A stretch of 64,000 nt of DNA from Psilocybe cubensis (lineage: Eukaryota): positions 2,046,001 to 2,110,000 of the forward strand of contig CM038998.1 in assembly GCA_017499595.2 (NCBI GenBank), written 5' to 3'. Shown one piece after another: positions 1 through 13,916 of the stretch. The notes beneath the pieces are model-generated. The model did no database searches and had not been told where the DNA came from. It saw nothing but the letters and a program-made list of their open reading frames with translations. The stretch's first letter is position 1, and each line of letters starts with the position of its first letter. The position numbers and the translations under genes are program-made.

Positions 1-1001
1 GGCAAAGACTCCCTTGGGGGCGGTGAAGCGGAATGGATCAAGGTTCGTGTAGGCGGTCGAAAGGTCAATGAAGACTTCCTGAAGCAGAAAGAGAACCAAG
101 TACGTCTTGGAGTTTACTCCCGTATCAGATCTATTAACCGCTTTCTATCTACAGGAGTTGAAAATCAAATATTACAATCTGATGATTACACATGCACTCC
201 ATCACAATGCGTATCTAGATGTCGCTAAATATTATCACAAAGTTTGGGAAACACCTTCTATCAAGGAAGATCCCGTGAAGGGGAAAGCTGTGAGTAACCT
301 TTACTGCGAAACTTTCTCGTTCGTTTACAAATCCCATTTAGACATTGGAACGCATCGTCTATTATATTGTTTTGGCGCCTCATGATAATGAACAATCCAA
401 TATGTTGCATCAAATACATCTTGATCCCGCTCTGGCGAACGATGACTTGAAACTTCACTAGTGTGTATTTGATGTCGTAACCCACACCACAGTGCACTGA
501 CTATAGTCTAGTGGACTTGTTAAGGAGTTTGTGACGCCAGAAATTTTGCCGTGGTCAAAAGTATCTGAAAACTACGGTGGCTTCCTGCGGAAAACAGACG
601 AGTTCAAGCAAGATAAATTATGGGAAGACCTTCGTCTTCGTGTGATTGAGCACGTACGTTCCAGTCTTGAAAATAGTTATGAAATTGTATTTATAGATCT
701 GCAGAATATCCGTATTACAGCCCAATACTTCACTCGGATCCATCTCACTCGTTTGACGAAGTTTCTGGGTCTGCAAACCGTGAAAGAAACAGAGGAGATC
801 CTCACAAGACTCGTAAATTCCGGTACTATCTGGGCTAAAGTCGACCGTCCTGCAGGTATCATCAACTTCAGGAGCAAACGTAGTGCAGAAGATGTTATGA
901 ACGACTGGAGTTCTGATATGCAAAAGTTGCTCGGTCTGGTAGAAAAGAGTTGGATGGGAATGAACGCTGCACAGGCTGCACAATCTCGCGTGAAATCATG
1001 A
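1..1001 (+). CDS. RPN5: 26S proteasome lid subunit Rpn5/PSMD12, 3' part (5' end outside window), multi-exon
   Basis: Spliced translation includes ELKIKYYNLMI, LAPHDNEQSNML, the PCI-domain segment LRLRVIEH/NIRITAQYFTRIHLTRL and WAKVDRPAGIINF...MNDWSSDMQKLLGLVEKS. Stop at 999-1001. Confidence 0.93.
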
Positions 1002-1108
1002 TCTTGTACTGTACCCACTATAGCATAATAGTTACCTTCTTTTCATTGCATCAACTAACAGCGTCGGAGCATTGAGAAAATGGAATGCAATGGAAACATT
1101 TAGGTGCC

Positions 1109-1976
1109 TTAGATACTATTTTTCAGCCCCATTGGATCATGCTTGTCGATTTTTGTGGTTGTCGGAGCCACGCTTCGTACGAGGGCCGGCATATAGTTTG
1201 GCTTAATGCCTTGTTGCCATAACCTGGCATAATCCTTTCCTTCTGACCATTGTCCTGCGCCATGGTTCCTGTTCACTATCGCTTTCCATCGTTTTTGAGC
1301 CGCAAGAGAGCCTTCGTCAAGCTCCTCCTTGCGGTCCCAAGTCGCCAGAGACTGTTTCTGGCGGACGAAGGATTCCTCGATATGTGAGGGGCCAAAGGTT
1401 GATCCGAGCTGTTCAGCTTCTAAAACAGCGATTCTGGAGGCAACGTGGTGCTCTGAGCGCAACGTACGGAACTGGGCGACGGCGCGAGAGTAAGCCTCGT
1501 TCAAAGTTACGTTGTGATATTGGTATAGATTTAGGGCAAATCGTATTGCACTGCAGATGCTCGTATCATAGACGGACAAAATACAAAGCGAGAGATGCTT
1601 ACTCTTCCGGCGCTGGGTTGCGACCCCACTGCCTAAGGCGAGTCCAGGCCTCGCCGGTGATGAAGTTGGGGTCCTGAATACGGTCGGTCTCGATCAAGGT
1701 TGCAGGTCGGAAGGTTTCAAAAGGGTGGTCTGTGAAGAAGCGGCGGCGCAGATAGTCTTCGAGGTAGAAGATGGGCTGGGGCCTTGTGGTGTATTTGGAC
1801 AGCTTCTTTGTAGGTCGCTGGTCATATGGGGTGCGAGGAGGAGGGGCCTTGGGCGGTAGGGTGAGCGGGGGATGGTCAAGGACAGCCTGGAACCATACGG
1901 GCTCCTTTTGTATGTAATTGGCACGCAGCAGACGGGAGACCTGCTGGTGAACCTGAGAGGCTATTCTGCGACCCAT
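1109..1976 (-). CDS. RSM25: Mitochondrial small ribosomal subunit protein mS23 (Rsm25), 2 exons
   Basis: EPVWFQAVLDHPP, YLEDYLRRRFFTDHPFETFRP, W..LRQWGRNP and EAYSRAVAQFRTLRSE match the fungal mS23 family. Intron at about 1556-1603. Confidence 0.85.
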
Positions 1977-2118
1977 CGTGGCGCGTCAATGAATTGAATT
2001 TTCGACCTCAGCTAAAGTCCTAGTCCCGTGACCTCGCTGATTCTGAAATTGATGTCGGAGCTTGAATTATATGCTCCCTTAGCCCGTCAACTGCATGCAC
2101 CATGCTTCATGACCCTCC

Positions 2119-3280
2119 ATGGACTCCAATCCCCCTGCCCAGCATGTCTCTTCTATAACGTCGCCGTCGAGCACTCTCAAGCGGTGCCGCTCCTCAGATC
2201 GCTTCCAGAGAAAGTTCAATCCCGCTTGTATGCCACCATTACCCCCAGTTCAGGGCGATCTTATACTCCAGGTCTATACACACAAGTCTCTCCGCCGTCC
2301 CAATGTTCCTCCGGCTGTGGGCGGCGACAACGAGGTTCTGTCCACGCTGGGAAGACCCGTTTTTGAAGTCGCGTTGACTCACTGCCTGTTCAGGAGGCGC
2401 CCATTTCTAAATGCGTCACAAATATCTGTGCGTCGTTGCTCTGTCGCATCGATTCTCACTGATTTCTATGACCCAGAAATCTCTCGAGATTCTTTTGTCT
2501 AGCTCTATGATCGATGACTGGGTTAAGTTTTATAAGCTAAGAACTAGGTTGCTGTGTCACCCGAGTGTCTTTCCCTCGCTTCAGCTTCCCGAGGTTCGTG
2601 TGATTCTGACTGTCGTTCTCGACTGGCTGATGATCTATATATCCAGGAGACGAGATCTCTATTTTATGCATATGTTGGTGCCCTATTCTTGTCTTCTGGG
2701 GTGCAGGCCGTGGATTATTGGGTTGCTAGCTTAATTCAACAAGAGTTGCATGTCCTCCCCCATGCACTTGAGTCTGAAGCCGATGCGAAACCGCAAGCGG
2801 AAATACCGGCACCCAAGAGAGCAAAGAGCGAGCTCCCGTTTGCTTTATCGTCTGCTATGGCTCCTCCCATTTTCTTTGCATCGCAGCCTCCTCCTTCACC
2901 GCCATTGCCATCAGGGATGCGACATGCTGCGCCCAGTGGACTGCCACCCAAGCCTGCCCCGCCTACGAATAAGCCGGCTGCTTTGCCGCCCAATCCAATG
3001 GCGCCAGCGCAGCCTAATCTACCGTTCCTTCCGTTGTTCAAGCAAGCTGCTGCACAACGGCGGGTAACTGTAGACTACCTGGCAGAGTTCATAGGGCCCT
3101 CGCACGCGGGGCAATGGGTGGTGAAATGTATAGGTGCGTACATCAACACGTAGTGGCTAACAAATCGCTGAGTAGCACATAGTCAATGGCATATTCAAAG
3201 GAGAAGGTACGGGTGGGAGCAAGCAATTAGCCAAGGAAGATGCAGCCCGGAAGGCGTATTACTCAATGGGCTGGACATAA
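2119..3280 (+). CDS. Small RNase III-fold plus C-terminal dsRBD protein, catalytic residues degenerate, 4 exons
   Basis: QVYTHKS...DNEVLSTLGRPVFEVAL and ETRSLFYAYVGALFLSSG align with the RNase III motifs. After a Pro-rich linker, GPSHAGQWVVKCIVNGIFKGEGTGGSKQLAKEDAARKA is a dsRBD. Alternative start at 2230. Confidence 0.75.
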
Positions 3281-3415
3281 TTAGTTAGATATAATACATT
3301 TATCATCTTAAATCACATAGTCATGTCTAGTCATGTGCTGACTAATTCATAGTCTATTTGAAAAAGCAAAGGCGTTGAAATCTGTTCATGTTCACTCCGA
3401 CTCCGACTCTTGTTC

Positions 3416-6400
3416 ATGGCCGCACCCTCTCCCCTCTCCCCGAGGCCAGTCGCGTCTCGTCCAAATCACATAGATCTTACCCTCGACGACGACGACGACT
3501 CCACAAATGACCACTCTTCTAGATATGCTAAGCGCGCGCGTACAGAAATCTCAAGACAGGACAGCACCCCTTCAGGTCCCCTTCTGGACTACCAGAAATC
3601 ATCTGTAACCCCAAATAAATTTTCAAGCGCATCCAACTCTTTATCTGTTCCTCACGTACAACAGTCACCCCATAGCCAATTTCCAAACCATGTGCCTGCG
3701 CCTAATCAATCCACATATCGGCCCCTTTTCGCTGGTCCAGCGCCTTTTCCTCCATCGAGGCTCCAACAAATTCCTAATCCACCTGCCATGAATAATCCAT
3801 TCACTCCTCCATCCCAGCCATCCACATCTCGAGCTTCAGATCGTCAGGTAATCGACCTCACAGGTTCTCCTTCGCCGCCGCCATCAGTTTTATCACGCCA
3901 AAATTCACAGCCTCCCTTGCCTGCGGAGTTACCGCCGAAAACGCCAGTGTGCATTGGGCAACTCACAGTAAATGCTCTGGTTTTGTACCCCGTTACTTAT
4001 TTATCGCCCCAGAACCCTGGAGTCACGGAATGGGCCTATGTCAGGTTGCAATACGAGCACAATCCTCACAAATTAACCGGCAAAGAGACTATTCATATTC
4101 GGACACCTTCTGGAAGAGGTCCCAATGGTGACAATGTCTCGGGGGAAGTCTTTGGTGTGGTAGAACAAAAGGTTGCAGACTTACTAGGACCGATGTTGGG
4201 TAAGGGATTGATTAGGCTTGACGCCAAAATTCGGAAAGGAACGGGCAATGTGTGTTCCATTTTTTAGTTGTTTCATCAGCGTAGACCTGATTTCATGCCC
4301 TTAGCTGCCTATCCTTCCCCTTCAAATGCTTGTTTATACCCCCAAAGGAAACATCCCCGTCGTAGGGAACTATCTTCGCCAGTCCAATTTAATCCTCGAT
4401 CACCCCGCGGCACCTCAGGACATGCAAAGGATAACCAACTATCATTATTTCAACCCACATCATCTTCATCACGACAGTCTTCGAAATTCCAACTCGAACA
4501 TCTTTCCTAATCGAGATCACAGTCGGTGGACCACACCAGCTTCCTCAGGGAAAAGCGTGGAAGTTCAACGAAGTCAAGTAGACGAACTTTTCAAGACTTT
4601 GAAAGATGGAGACGGTTTGGCAGAGACTGAACCGAGTACGCCTCTTTTTTTAGGAAAAAATATCTCAACAGTTTAGTAACCTTTCTTTCCCATCAAGCTT
4701 CAGAGGTTGCAACAACACTCTATCCTCATCAGAAGAAAGCTCTCACATTCCTTCTAGAGCGTGAAAGAGAAATTGTCGGGCCAAATGGATCGTCGTCTTT
4801 GTGGCAAAAAAGATATAATCCAGTGACTCGTCAAACGACTTGGTTCCATCTTGTCACTCAGAAGGAGGTTAATGACTGCCCTCAGGAAGCGAAGGGCGCC
4901 ATCTTGGCTGATGATGTGAGTACACTGCTTTATGGTGACTGATTAACTATAACAGGTTGTACTTTCAATTCCACAGATGGGCCTTGGTAAAACCATCAGT
5001 TGTGTATCTCTCATTGCTTCAACTTTGTCGTCATCAGAAGCTTTCGCATCGTCCCCACTTGATGTCGTCCCTCGTCCCGTGCGTAATGATGCACCAGATG
5101 CGTCTCATTTTGCTGGCAGTGTTTGGAATATGCCTGAAACTGTAGACAACGCTACCACGGGCAGTTCGATTAAAGGCAAGGCAAAGGCAGATAGAGCACA
5201 GGATAAACTTGAGATCGCTTACGCCAGGTCATGCCGAATCAAGGCAAAGAGCCGTGCAACGTTGATAGTATGCCCATTATCAACTGTATCAAACTGGGAA
5301 GATCAATTTCGCGAGCACTGGAAGGGAGAAGTTTACGTGGTGGGTGGAAATGGAGGGCCTTGTCCACCATCAACTCCCTCATCATCTCAGGCGAGTACAT
5401 CCGGTCCAGGGGCGATGCAGCTGGACGACCTGGTCGAAGATGACAAACCTAAACGAAGTCGAGAAGGTAGATCGTTGAGGGTCTACATCTATCACGGCAA
5501 TGCTCGTCGGCCTGATCCTACTTTCCTTGCCGACTTTGATGCTGTTGTTACTACCTATGCCACGCTGGCATCAGAATATTCCAAGCAAAATCGCAGCCTT
5601 ATGAATGCCGAAGATGACGAAGAAGAAGAAGCAAGTGATGATGGGCAAGGAGGAGTCGACATCGATGAACAAGGAAACCAGGTCATACGTTTACCAAAAC
5701 CGAAGAAGACAGGCACCAAGCGCAAGAAGATGACTGCATTGACACAGGCAAACAATCCAGCAGAGATACCGAGCGCGTTACAAAGTATACATTGGTTCCG
5801 AGTTGTTCTTGATGAAGCGCAGTATGTGATGCCTACTCTAACTCTAGATTAATCTAATGGATATCTCAGCTCGATCAAGGAAACGGCGACAGTTGCAAGT
5901 CGGGCTTGCTGCGACCTAATGGCTGACCGACGGCTTTGTTTAACAGGCACGCCCGTGCAAAATAAGTTGGATGATGTTTTTGCCCTCATTAAATTTCTAC
6001 GCCTTGAGCCACTGGACGACAAGAATGCCTGGACCGAGTATATTGGCACACCTGTGAAGTTCGGTCAGACGCTCGGCGTCGCTCGCTTGCAAACTATCAT
6101 GCAATGCATTACCTTGCGCCGTACCAAAGAAACAAAGGCTGCCAATGGTAGAAAAATCCTAGCACTACCTCCCCGGCGTGATGAACTTCGTTATCTCAAG
6201 TTCGACTCTCAAGAACAGGAAATATACGATAAATTCTTTGACGAATCCAAGGCAGAGTTCAATGACTTGTCCTCAAAGAATGAAGTCATGAAGAACTACG
6301 TAGGCATCCTGCAAAAGATTTTGCGACTGCGACAAATTTGCGATCATTTTGAGCTAGTACAGGGCAAAGAACCAGGACAGGGCAACGGGAGCTCTGAATC

Positions 6401-7703
6401 TGCGCTTTCCTACGAGGATATAATCGCCGCAATTGCCAAAGAGGGTTTCAGTGCACTAAGAGCCAATGCAATGTTTGCAATCCTGCGAGAGTCCGCAACT
6501 ACGCAATGTGTGGAGTGTGGGTCGGAGCTCTGTGTATCCCCTGAATTGAGCCAAGGTGATGGTGCCGAGAACGAAGGCACTCCTACGCCCAAGCGCACTC
6601 GTAAGGCGAAAGGGACCGCCTCTCGGGGGTCCACACGAGCAAACAGCCCGAACACTCCGAGACCTGTGTTGACGCGGTGTCAACACCTTTTCTGCATTGA
6701 ATGCTATCGAAACTCGGTCTGCCCCGGATGGCCCAACGTCGGACTGGAAATCAAGAGATCTTGTTCAGTATGCCAAACAGGATTGTCTCCTCTAGATGCA
6801 TATGAGATCAAACCAGACACCTCTGATAACGCTCAGAAGAAGAAGGTGCAAAAACGAGAAAAGCGTCTGAAAGGTGTTTCTCTAGAAAACTTCAGACCTT
6901 CCACAAAGATCAAAGCCCTCCTTAGCGATCTTGTCCAATTTTCGAGATTGAATCCTTATTCGACTAATTATGACCCCGACATCCAGCTGTTAAACGAAAA
7001 CGGTACTGCTCCATCGGATAGTGGAATAGTGAAAACTGTTGTTTTGTACGTTGTTTGTCCACTCAATACAACTCGATATCTCATTATTACACAGCTCACA
7101 ATGGACAACCATGCTCGACAAGTAAGCCTAACTTTGGAATAATGCCTCGTGACGTCTGACTGACTTACACATTAGAGTTGAGGATGCTTTGGAAACTGCT
7201 GGGATCAAGTATGATAGGCTGGATGGTACTATGAAACGCGACGACCGAACTCGGTCGATGGAGGCTCTTAAGCATGACCCTAGCTGTGAAGTACTACTCG
7301 TTAGCTTGAAGGCTGGTGGTGTTGGTCTCAACCTTACAGCTGCCCAGCGTGTTTATCTCATGGATCCATATTGGTACTATTATTGCATTCGTTTTGATTG
7401 TAATCAATATACTGATTGCTTTTAGGAACCCTGCAGTAGAAAACCAAGCCGTGGATAGGATTGTACGTTTTTTAGACATAATACCCTTTAGCCGTTACTA
7501 AGGCTGTATAACAGCACCGACTTGGACAGACCAAACCTGTAACAACTATCAAGTTTATTATCGAGAATTCCATCGAAGCTAAGCTTCTAGAAGTGCAGAG
7601 GAAGAAAACCGAGCTAGCGAATATGACTTTGGGACAAAATTTCAGCAAGGCCGACCTCATGCAGCGCCGTCTGGAAGAACTTACGCAACTCCTGGGACCT
7701 TAA
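3416..7703 (+). CDS. Rad5/HLTF-like SNF2-family helicase with RING finger and probable N-terminal HIRAN-like region, multi-exon
   Basis: LYPHQKKAL, GAILADD/MGLGKT (Walker A), WFRVVLDEAH, LTGTPVQN, LRLRQICDH, RING (CVEC...CQHLFCIEC...CSVC), RLDGTM, SLKAGGVGLNL, WNPAVENQAVDRIHRLGQ. Confidence 0.9.
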
Positions 7704-7909
7704 TATATCATTATCTTCGACTCTAGATTTATACACTATCGCACTCTTTTATTTCCACGAAGGACCATTGCTACAGATTATTTTACTAGCACTTAATATT
7801 TACAACTGACATGGCTGAATTTTTGTGTTCGCATTTTACTGTCCTCGCACCCGATGTACCAGAGTATTTCATGCTGTAAAATTGATGTGTAATTGTCGAC
7901 AAAAAAGCT

Positions 7910-10068
7910 TTAAAACGCGAAGTGAGCAGCATTTTTTCGAGTGCCAAAAAGATACACTGCGGTTCCAAGCAGAATGTGTCAATATCAATATAAGGGATTG
8001 TACCAATGAATCAAACCCACCTATGACTTGACTTACAAACAACCCAATAGTAACCCCGGCAGCAACAGTGATCATGCGAAGAGCAAGGGAGAAACCACTA
8101 GAGTATTGTTCAGCAGAACTGTGATATGTTTGGGTAACCCCGCCTCCTTGGGCGATGCCCGACTATTTGATATGTCAAGCCTAGTAAACGTTGTTAATGT
8201 AGGCTAATTACTTCACTCACAGGAACTAGGAACAATACGCCCGTTACCATCGAAGTAAACGCGGTTCCACGTACTACTCGTGAATAAATATTACCCAAAG
8301 TTCCTATAACGAAGGCGCCAGCTGCAGAGACAATATCGGTCCTTCCAGGTAGTACCAAGCTCGCAGCTCGATTTGCTGCATAAGCGCAACATGAAAAAAG
8401 GACCATCAATGGCAGCTGTAGACTCCGCCAGTACTGTAGGTTCGACAATGAGGAGCAAGTAGAATAAATGGGAACCAAAAAAAATAGCGTCCACCAGGGT
8501 AAAGGCTGCCTCCAGAACGGCCACATTGGAAGACGAATGCACCCTAGAAGAAATAATCAATCAGATATGAGGAAATTTCGTACGTACCACCACACCTTTG
8601 ATGGTATGATCGGGAGCGTTTCCAGTAGTTGCAAGTCCCAGACCTAGAACACCGTTTGTTGAGACGGGAGATTTGGTGCCATTCAGGCCTGAAAAGTGAC
8701 CATGAATGTAGATCAGATTGTCCGGGATGGCACTTCTGTAATACTCGCGACGCGCATGTCGATCAATGACCAAATAGAAATCAGATCCAATGGTTAGCCC
8801 AAAACCCTGTATGAACAAGTCAAAGTAATCAAGCGAATGTAAAATAACGAAACACAACGCGTTACCAAAAACAGCGTGTATATGATTGCATACACAATCC
8901 TTACAGACCCACAGAAAATGTTCTTCGACATAAGTTCCAAAGCACTGATCACTTTACATAGTCAACGGGAGCCAATCAATGAAACCGTTCTCAGATGAGT
9001 CAACGAAATTGACCCACAAACAGTGAAACCCGGAAGAATTACGACCACGCCAGCAGACGATATTGCACTATAGCAAAACATATCTCCGGGAAGATTGCTC
9101 AAGGCTCGAGCAATAAAAGCCACTACAATGGACACAGATATTCTAAATGAAAATGAAGACGAATGATTGAATGAAACAGTTGGATACAAGCAGTAAAGAG
9201 CTTACTCATAGACATTGGCGTACATCGAGCTTTTATTTGCGGCGTTCAAACCAAGATATTGAAGGAAAGATGCACAAGCGCCGCTGATCCACATATCTGC
9301 AAGGGAGCCCCCAAACGACAGTCCGCATATAATAGACGCACACAAAAAGGCGAAAAAGCATCTCAATTTCAAGGAGTAAATAGCCGGTGATCTTAGCACT
9401 TGTCGGAGGGCGTCAGTCCCAGCTTCCGCTCCTATATGGTCGTGTAAGACATCCCTATATATTTCGTGAACTTTATGCAGAGAGGTTAAGGCAATGCGCC
9501 CTCTGGAGCGTATAAAATATGTCCGAGTTGAATGCGGGTCTTCATTGCGAACGGAAACTATAATTATGTTGGGAAGATGAATGAATTCTGCAACACAAAT
9601 AAGCCAACGTTCAAAGGAAGCGAGTTGATCGCACTTTACCTGCACGAGCATCAAGGATATTTGATGCAGCAAGTAGCTGAGATTCTATGCGGTGGGAGGG
9701 CGCGCCGAAAGTCAGCAACGCTTTCCCTAATTTTAATATAAACTTTCGTCTTGTCTCTATGTCTGTCAAAGAATCAAGGTTTTCATAATCAGAAAGGTCA
9801 TCACCAGGTACAGACCTTCGATATTTTTTGTGATTGTAGATGGGTTTCTTTGCGGTCTTCGGAGGACAGACAAAAGAGAAAAACGTCTCGAAGTATTGCC
9901 TCCAGAGGCCTCTCCATATGGCTGAAAGGGGTTCAAAGCCGGTCGCAAAGAGCTCCCTATTCGTTATATTCAACGTAATAGAAAAATAAAAAGTCATAAG
10001 GTGCACTGACTGTGTATATTGGATTTATTCGGATGTACTGTACTGGAGGTTTGGTTGGGATCCGACAT
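7910..10068 (-). CDS. Threonine/serine exporter family (ThrE/DUF1212, Prm10-like) membrane protein, multi-exon
   Basis: RRKFILKLGKALLTFGAPSHRIESQL, SFGGSLADM, CYSAISSAGVVVILPGF, SALELMSKNIFCGSVRIVY, IGTLGNIYSR, GVLFLVP. Ends ...AHFAF*. Confidence 0.85.
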
Positions 10069-10452
10069 TGAAAAGGTTATTAAAAGGTGCGACAACTGAT
10101 ATGGTGACAAGATGCACAGCAAAGAGAATTGCAATGGAGGCTAGAATTTTGTGGGAGGAGAAAGTCTGAAAGCCAACGAGCTTCTAGCTGAAACAGAGCA
10201 GTGTCCGAGACGATGTGATCAATCCTGATCGTGAAAATAATCAAAATAGTGACGATATTTACGAAGGACGGAATAAAACGGTACGAATTTTACATGAAGA
10301 AAGCTAAGGTACATTGAACTATTGGTTTTTAACAATTGCGAAAAAAACGCAACTCTGGGTATGGGTCAGGTTGGTACATAAGACAACTCATAGAAAGCAT
10401 TCCGGGTCTTTGCTAATGTGATAGGATATTTGCAGGTTAGGGAAATGACACA

Positions 10453-13400
10453 CTACCAGATTTGCGGTACAGTGGGGAGATATTCCGTGGGTATAATGAA
10501 TGCATCCATACCGTGTTGAGAAAATGTCTGTCCACCAAGACTTTGGTCGGATATCCAGACTGGTAGCTGCTCCACAGAAGTTTGCTCAAGGCCACGCCAG
10601 ATTTGTTCTGCTTCAACGAAGCTGGGATGCGCATTGGAATGCTGCTGAGGCATTGCATGAATGACATGGTTCTGACTGTCTTGCATAGGATACGAAGACG
10701 ATGACATTTCATAAAGAGGTGAAAATTGTTCCGAATTTCCTTGTTGAGGAGCAGGCAATGCCGCTTGCGGCGGAGGGTCGACAGCCATAACTAACGGTTG
10801 CTGAATGTCTCGCGATACTTTGGGTGAGCGTGAGTTTGTCTTCCTTCTCTTCGAGCGCTTCAGCATCAATTGAAGTGTTAGAGCGTAGCGTTTCCCAGGA
10901 ACTGGTGGGAATTTCAGCATAATTATTAAATTAGAGCTTTAGGAGCACTGACTCTCCGCCATCAAACTCGCGACGAGTTCAACTAAATTACGAATCACCG
11001 CAACATCACATTCGTCAGGGCTGGACAAACGCATCTCGTTAATAAATATGCAAATCAGCATAAAATGACATAGGCTCACAAAAACCGGGAAAGGCGCAAT
11101 AAGAATGAAGCTGTAAACGTTGCCGTAGCGTGTGTATAGTGGACGGCTATGTGACGTTAGATGTGTAATCATGATAACACGTTAGGTAGACGAATACCAT
11201 ATGTCATGCCCTTTCTGTACGCTGGGGATTTGACTGTAATTTCCAATATTTGTCGACCAATCTGTAACGACCGTATCGCCAGTGTTCTCTGAAGCGGAGG
11301 CATGTTTTGAACATCTTCTAATCTTATTATATCTCTGAGAGCTGTAGCATTGTGAAACAACTCAGCATGAAGTTGTTGAATTTGCAAACTTTGGCGATAA
11401 AAGGCTGCATTACGAACTATTGAGCGTTGTCAATGATGTATATGGCAAAGAACTCACCAGCATCTTCATATTTCCGTGAAAAAGCTTCATCCCATATCTT
11501 GTACCACTGGGAAAAATCAACATTCGCTCTCTGTAATTCTTCAAAGTGTTGAGGAAGTACAGGCCCATCGAACGGGGCAAGCGCATTGTGAACCCTCTCG
11601 CGAATAGTAATGAGCTCTACCGTTGAAACCAGCCTCATATCGTCTTCAATAGACAAGGGGTGGTTCAAGAGGTAGCGGCAATTTCTGATACTTTGGTCGT
11701 CCATGAGGACTGCAGGGCGACCTGTACCATATGACAATCTGAAAACGCGAATTATGACTAGAGGTTGCGTTTCGAATAAACTAAACTGACTGGTGCTCGA
11801 ACAGATACAGGCAGAACCAAGTTCTAGAGGCAACGACAAGATCACGGTCTGCGACAATATCAAACTTGTTAGAACTGATGCGCCTATGCAATTGAGGCCA
11901 GGCCTGGTGCATAGCTGAGTTGGGCATTAGAGAAAAACTGCAGATATTGTGTGTTAGGTACTTACACAGTTCCATAGCCATTCTAACCGCATGCCCACCA
12001 CTCAACCACCCGTTATCTGACCAGCCTGATACCAAGACTAAATGGATATAAGACTAGGCCATGAAATCTAGATAAGACGGACACACTCATAGCTTGAACA
12101 GCCTCGCTTCGAATCACAGGTGCAAAAAGAGTAGCCTGGGAGATTGCTTGAACCTCTTCAAGGCATCGTCGGTGAATCTCACTAGGAGGTCCTGGTATAT
12201 GTATTCAAGTCTGATCACAATGAATCTTGAGAAAACCACATACTTCCTCCGTCACGAACGCGAGCAGCAACCATACATATAGCATCTACAGCAAAAGGAG
12301 ATCTTTCATGTAGCGAATCGTAGTTATCCGTGTTGGAATCGAATATGGGACTGGAAAAAGGTTTGAGCCACCCAACTCTCCAATTCAAGATCAGAACACC
12401 TACAGGAAGGTAGAACAGCCGTCATAAAATCTAAATTTTGAGGTCAATTACTTTGGTGAGTACGCCAAAAAAAAAAGTCCCAAACATTTTGAACAGTTCC
12501 CGAGCATCTTCCTCTGTGATAATATTTTTCGTAACAACTAAAAATACGCATATGTCAACAAGAAAAGATTGTGAACGACAATATTGCTTACCATCGGGAT
12601 AGGTTACGTGTGTCAACTGATGAGCGACTTTCCGCTTCTTCGATGGTCTTGTCTGGCGATCCGGGGATTGAGTTCTTGCCCTACTATGTGGCTCACTACC
12701 ACCACCATTGTCCTAGTGAAATATTGCTCGATATGAATTACGGTTAAGTCTGCGAAGAAAATACCTTGGTTGCTCGTTCAATAGCTACATCTGCCAATCC
12801 TCGGAGCACTTCCCAGGGAGCTACAAGTCCAGAAACGGGAAGCTCGCCGCCGTCATCATCATCCAAATCCGAAGAATCAGCACTGGTGACATTCGAGGAA
12901 GGAGGCGCGTGTCTTTTTGGTGGATATTTTGTGGTTGATCTTTGATAACCTTGTTCCGTGGATTGATACCTAACGGAGGATACGTTGGCTTGTTCAGTGG
13001 CAGGAGGACCCATAACTTGAATACTAGAAAACGGCGGAAGTACTGGATTTTGTGGCAATGGTTGATGCTGAGTATGATAATTTTGTCCGGCCTGTGGAAA
13101 GTTGGGGTACGCAGGTGATACATGAGGTGGGTGTAAATCCTCCACAGGCAATAAAGTAGAACCTGCAGGGGAACCTTGGTAGCCAGAATTTGGCAATGAC
13201 GACCTCTGCGGACGAGGCTGAGGCAGCACACTGTTCGTCACGCGAGTAGACGGTGTAAAAGGCTGCGTTCCGCTTGGAGGAGAGGCGTGCTGATGGCTTA
13301 CTGTAGGTGTTGAAACTGAAGGAGAATTTAGACTAGGCGACTGCTGGAACGACGATGACGGATAGGCTGAAGGTGATCGCGCAGAGAAACTACCGGCACG

Positions 13401-13916
13401 AACATGATTAAGAAGTTCGCTCAAGGTATTCGAAATAGTATGTTGCGTCTGACGAATCTCAGATACCTGTGACTCCAGACTACGGATGCGTCTGTGGGGC
13501 AGGGGGTTTATTCGTGCCCTGTACCTGCATAAGGAAGAAGAATACGCACTCTAATCCAGCTTCCCCAGTGAGAGTCGCCTCCCGCGAAGGTTTCTCGAAC
13601 AGACACTCAAGCCCATTATTCCTACACCGCCTGCAGGGTGGGTTGTCTGCGCCCTCGCATCGCATCTTTTGCCTCCGACATGCATTCTGATCACGGGCTA
13701 TTTTGAGAGCGATGGAATGATGAGAACGCAGCTAGACTTACACATGCACCTAGAGACAGAAAGGGTGAGACCTTTGGAGATTGGAGAAGGAATATACGAG
13801 GACGACGTACGAGGAACCCTGTTCAAGGTCTTTGGGACGGGCTTGATGTCGCGCTTTTCGGTCTTGTCGTCATCTTCCTGCTTCTTAATTACGGGACTGG
13901 TGGAAGAGGAGTCCAT
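10453..13916 (-). CDS. Zn(II)2Cys6 fungal-specific transcription factor, multi-exon
   Basis: Spliced RACNACRRQKMRCEGADNPPCRRCRNNGLEC binuclear cluster. The middle homology region contains GHAVRMAMEL...RTWFCLYLFEHQLSYGTGRP. Confidence 0.9.
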
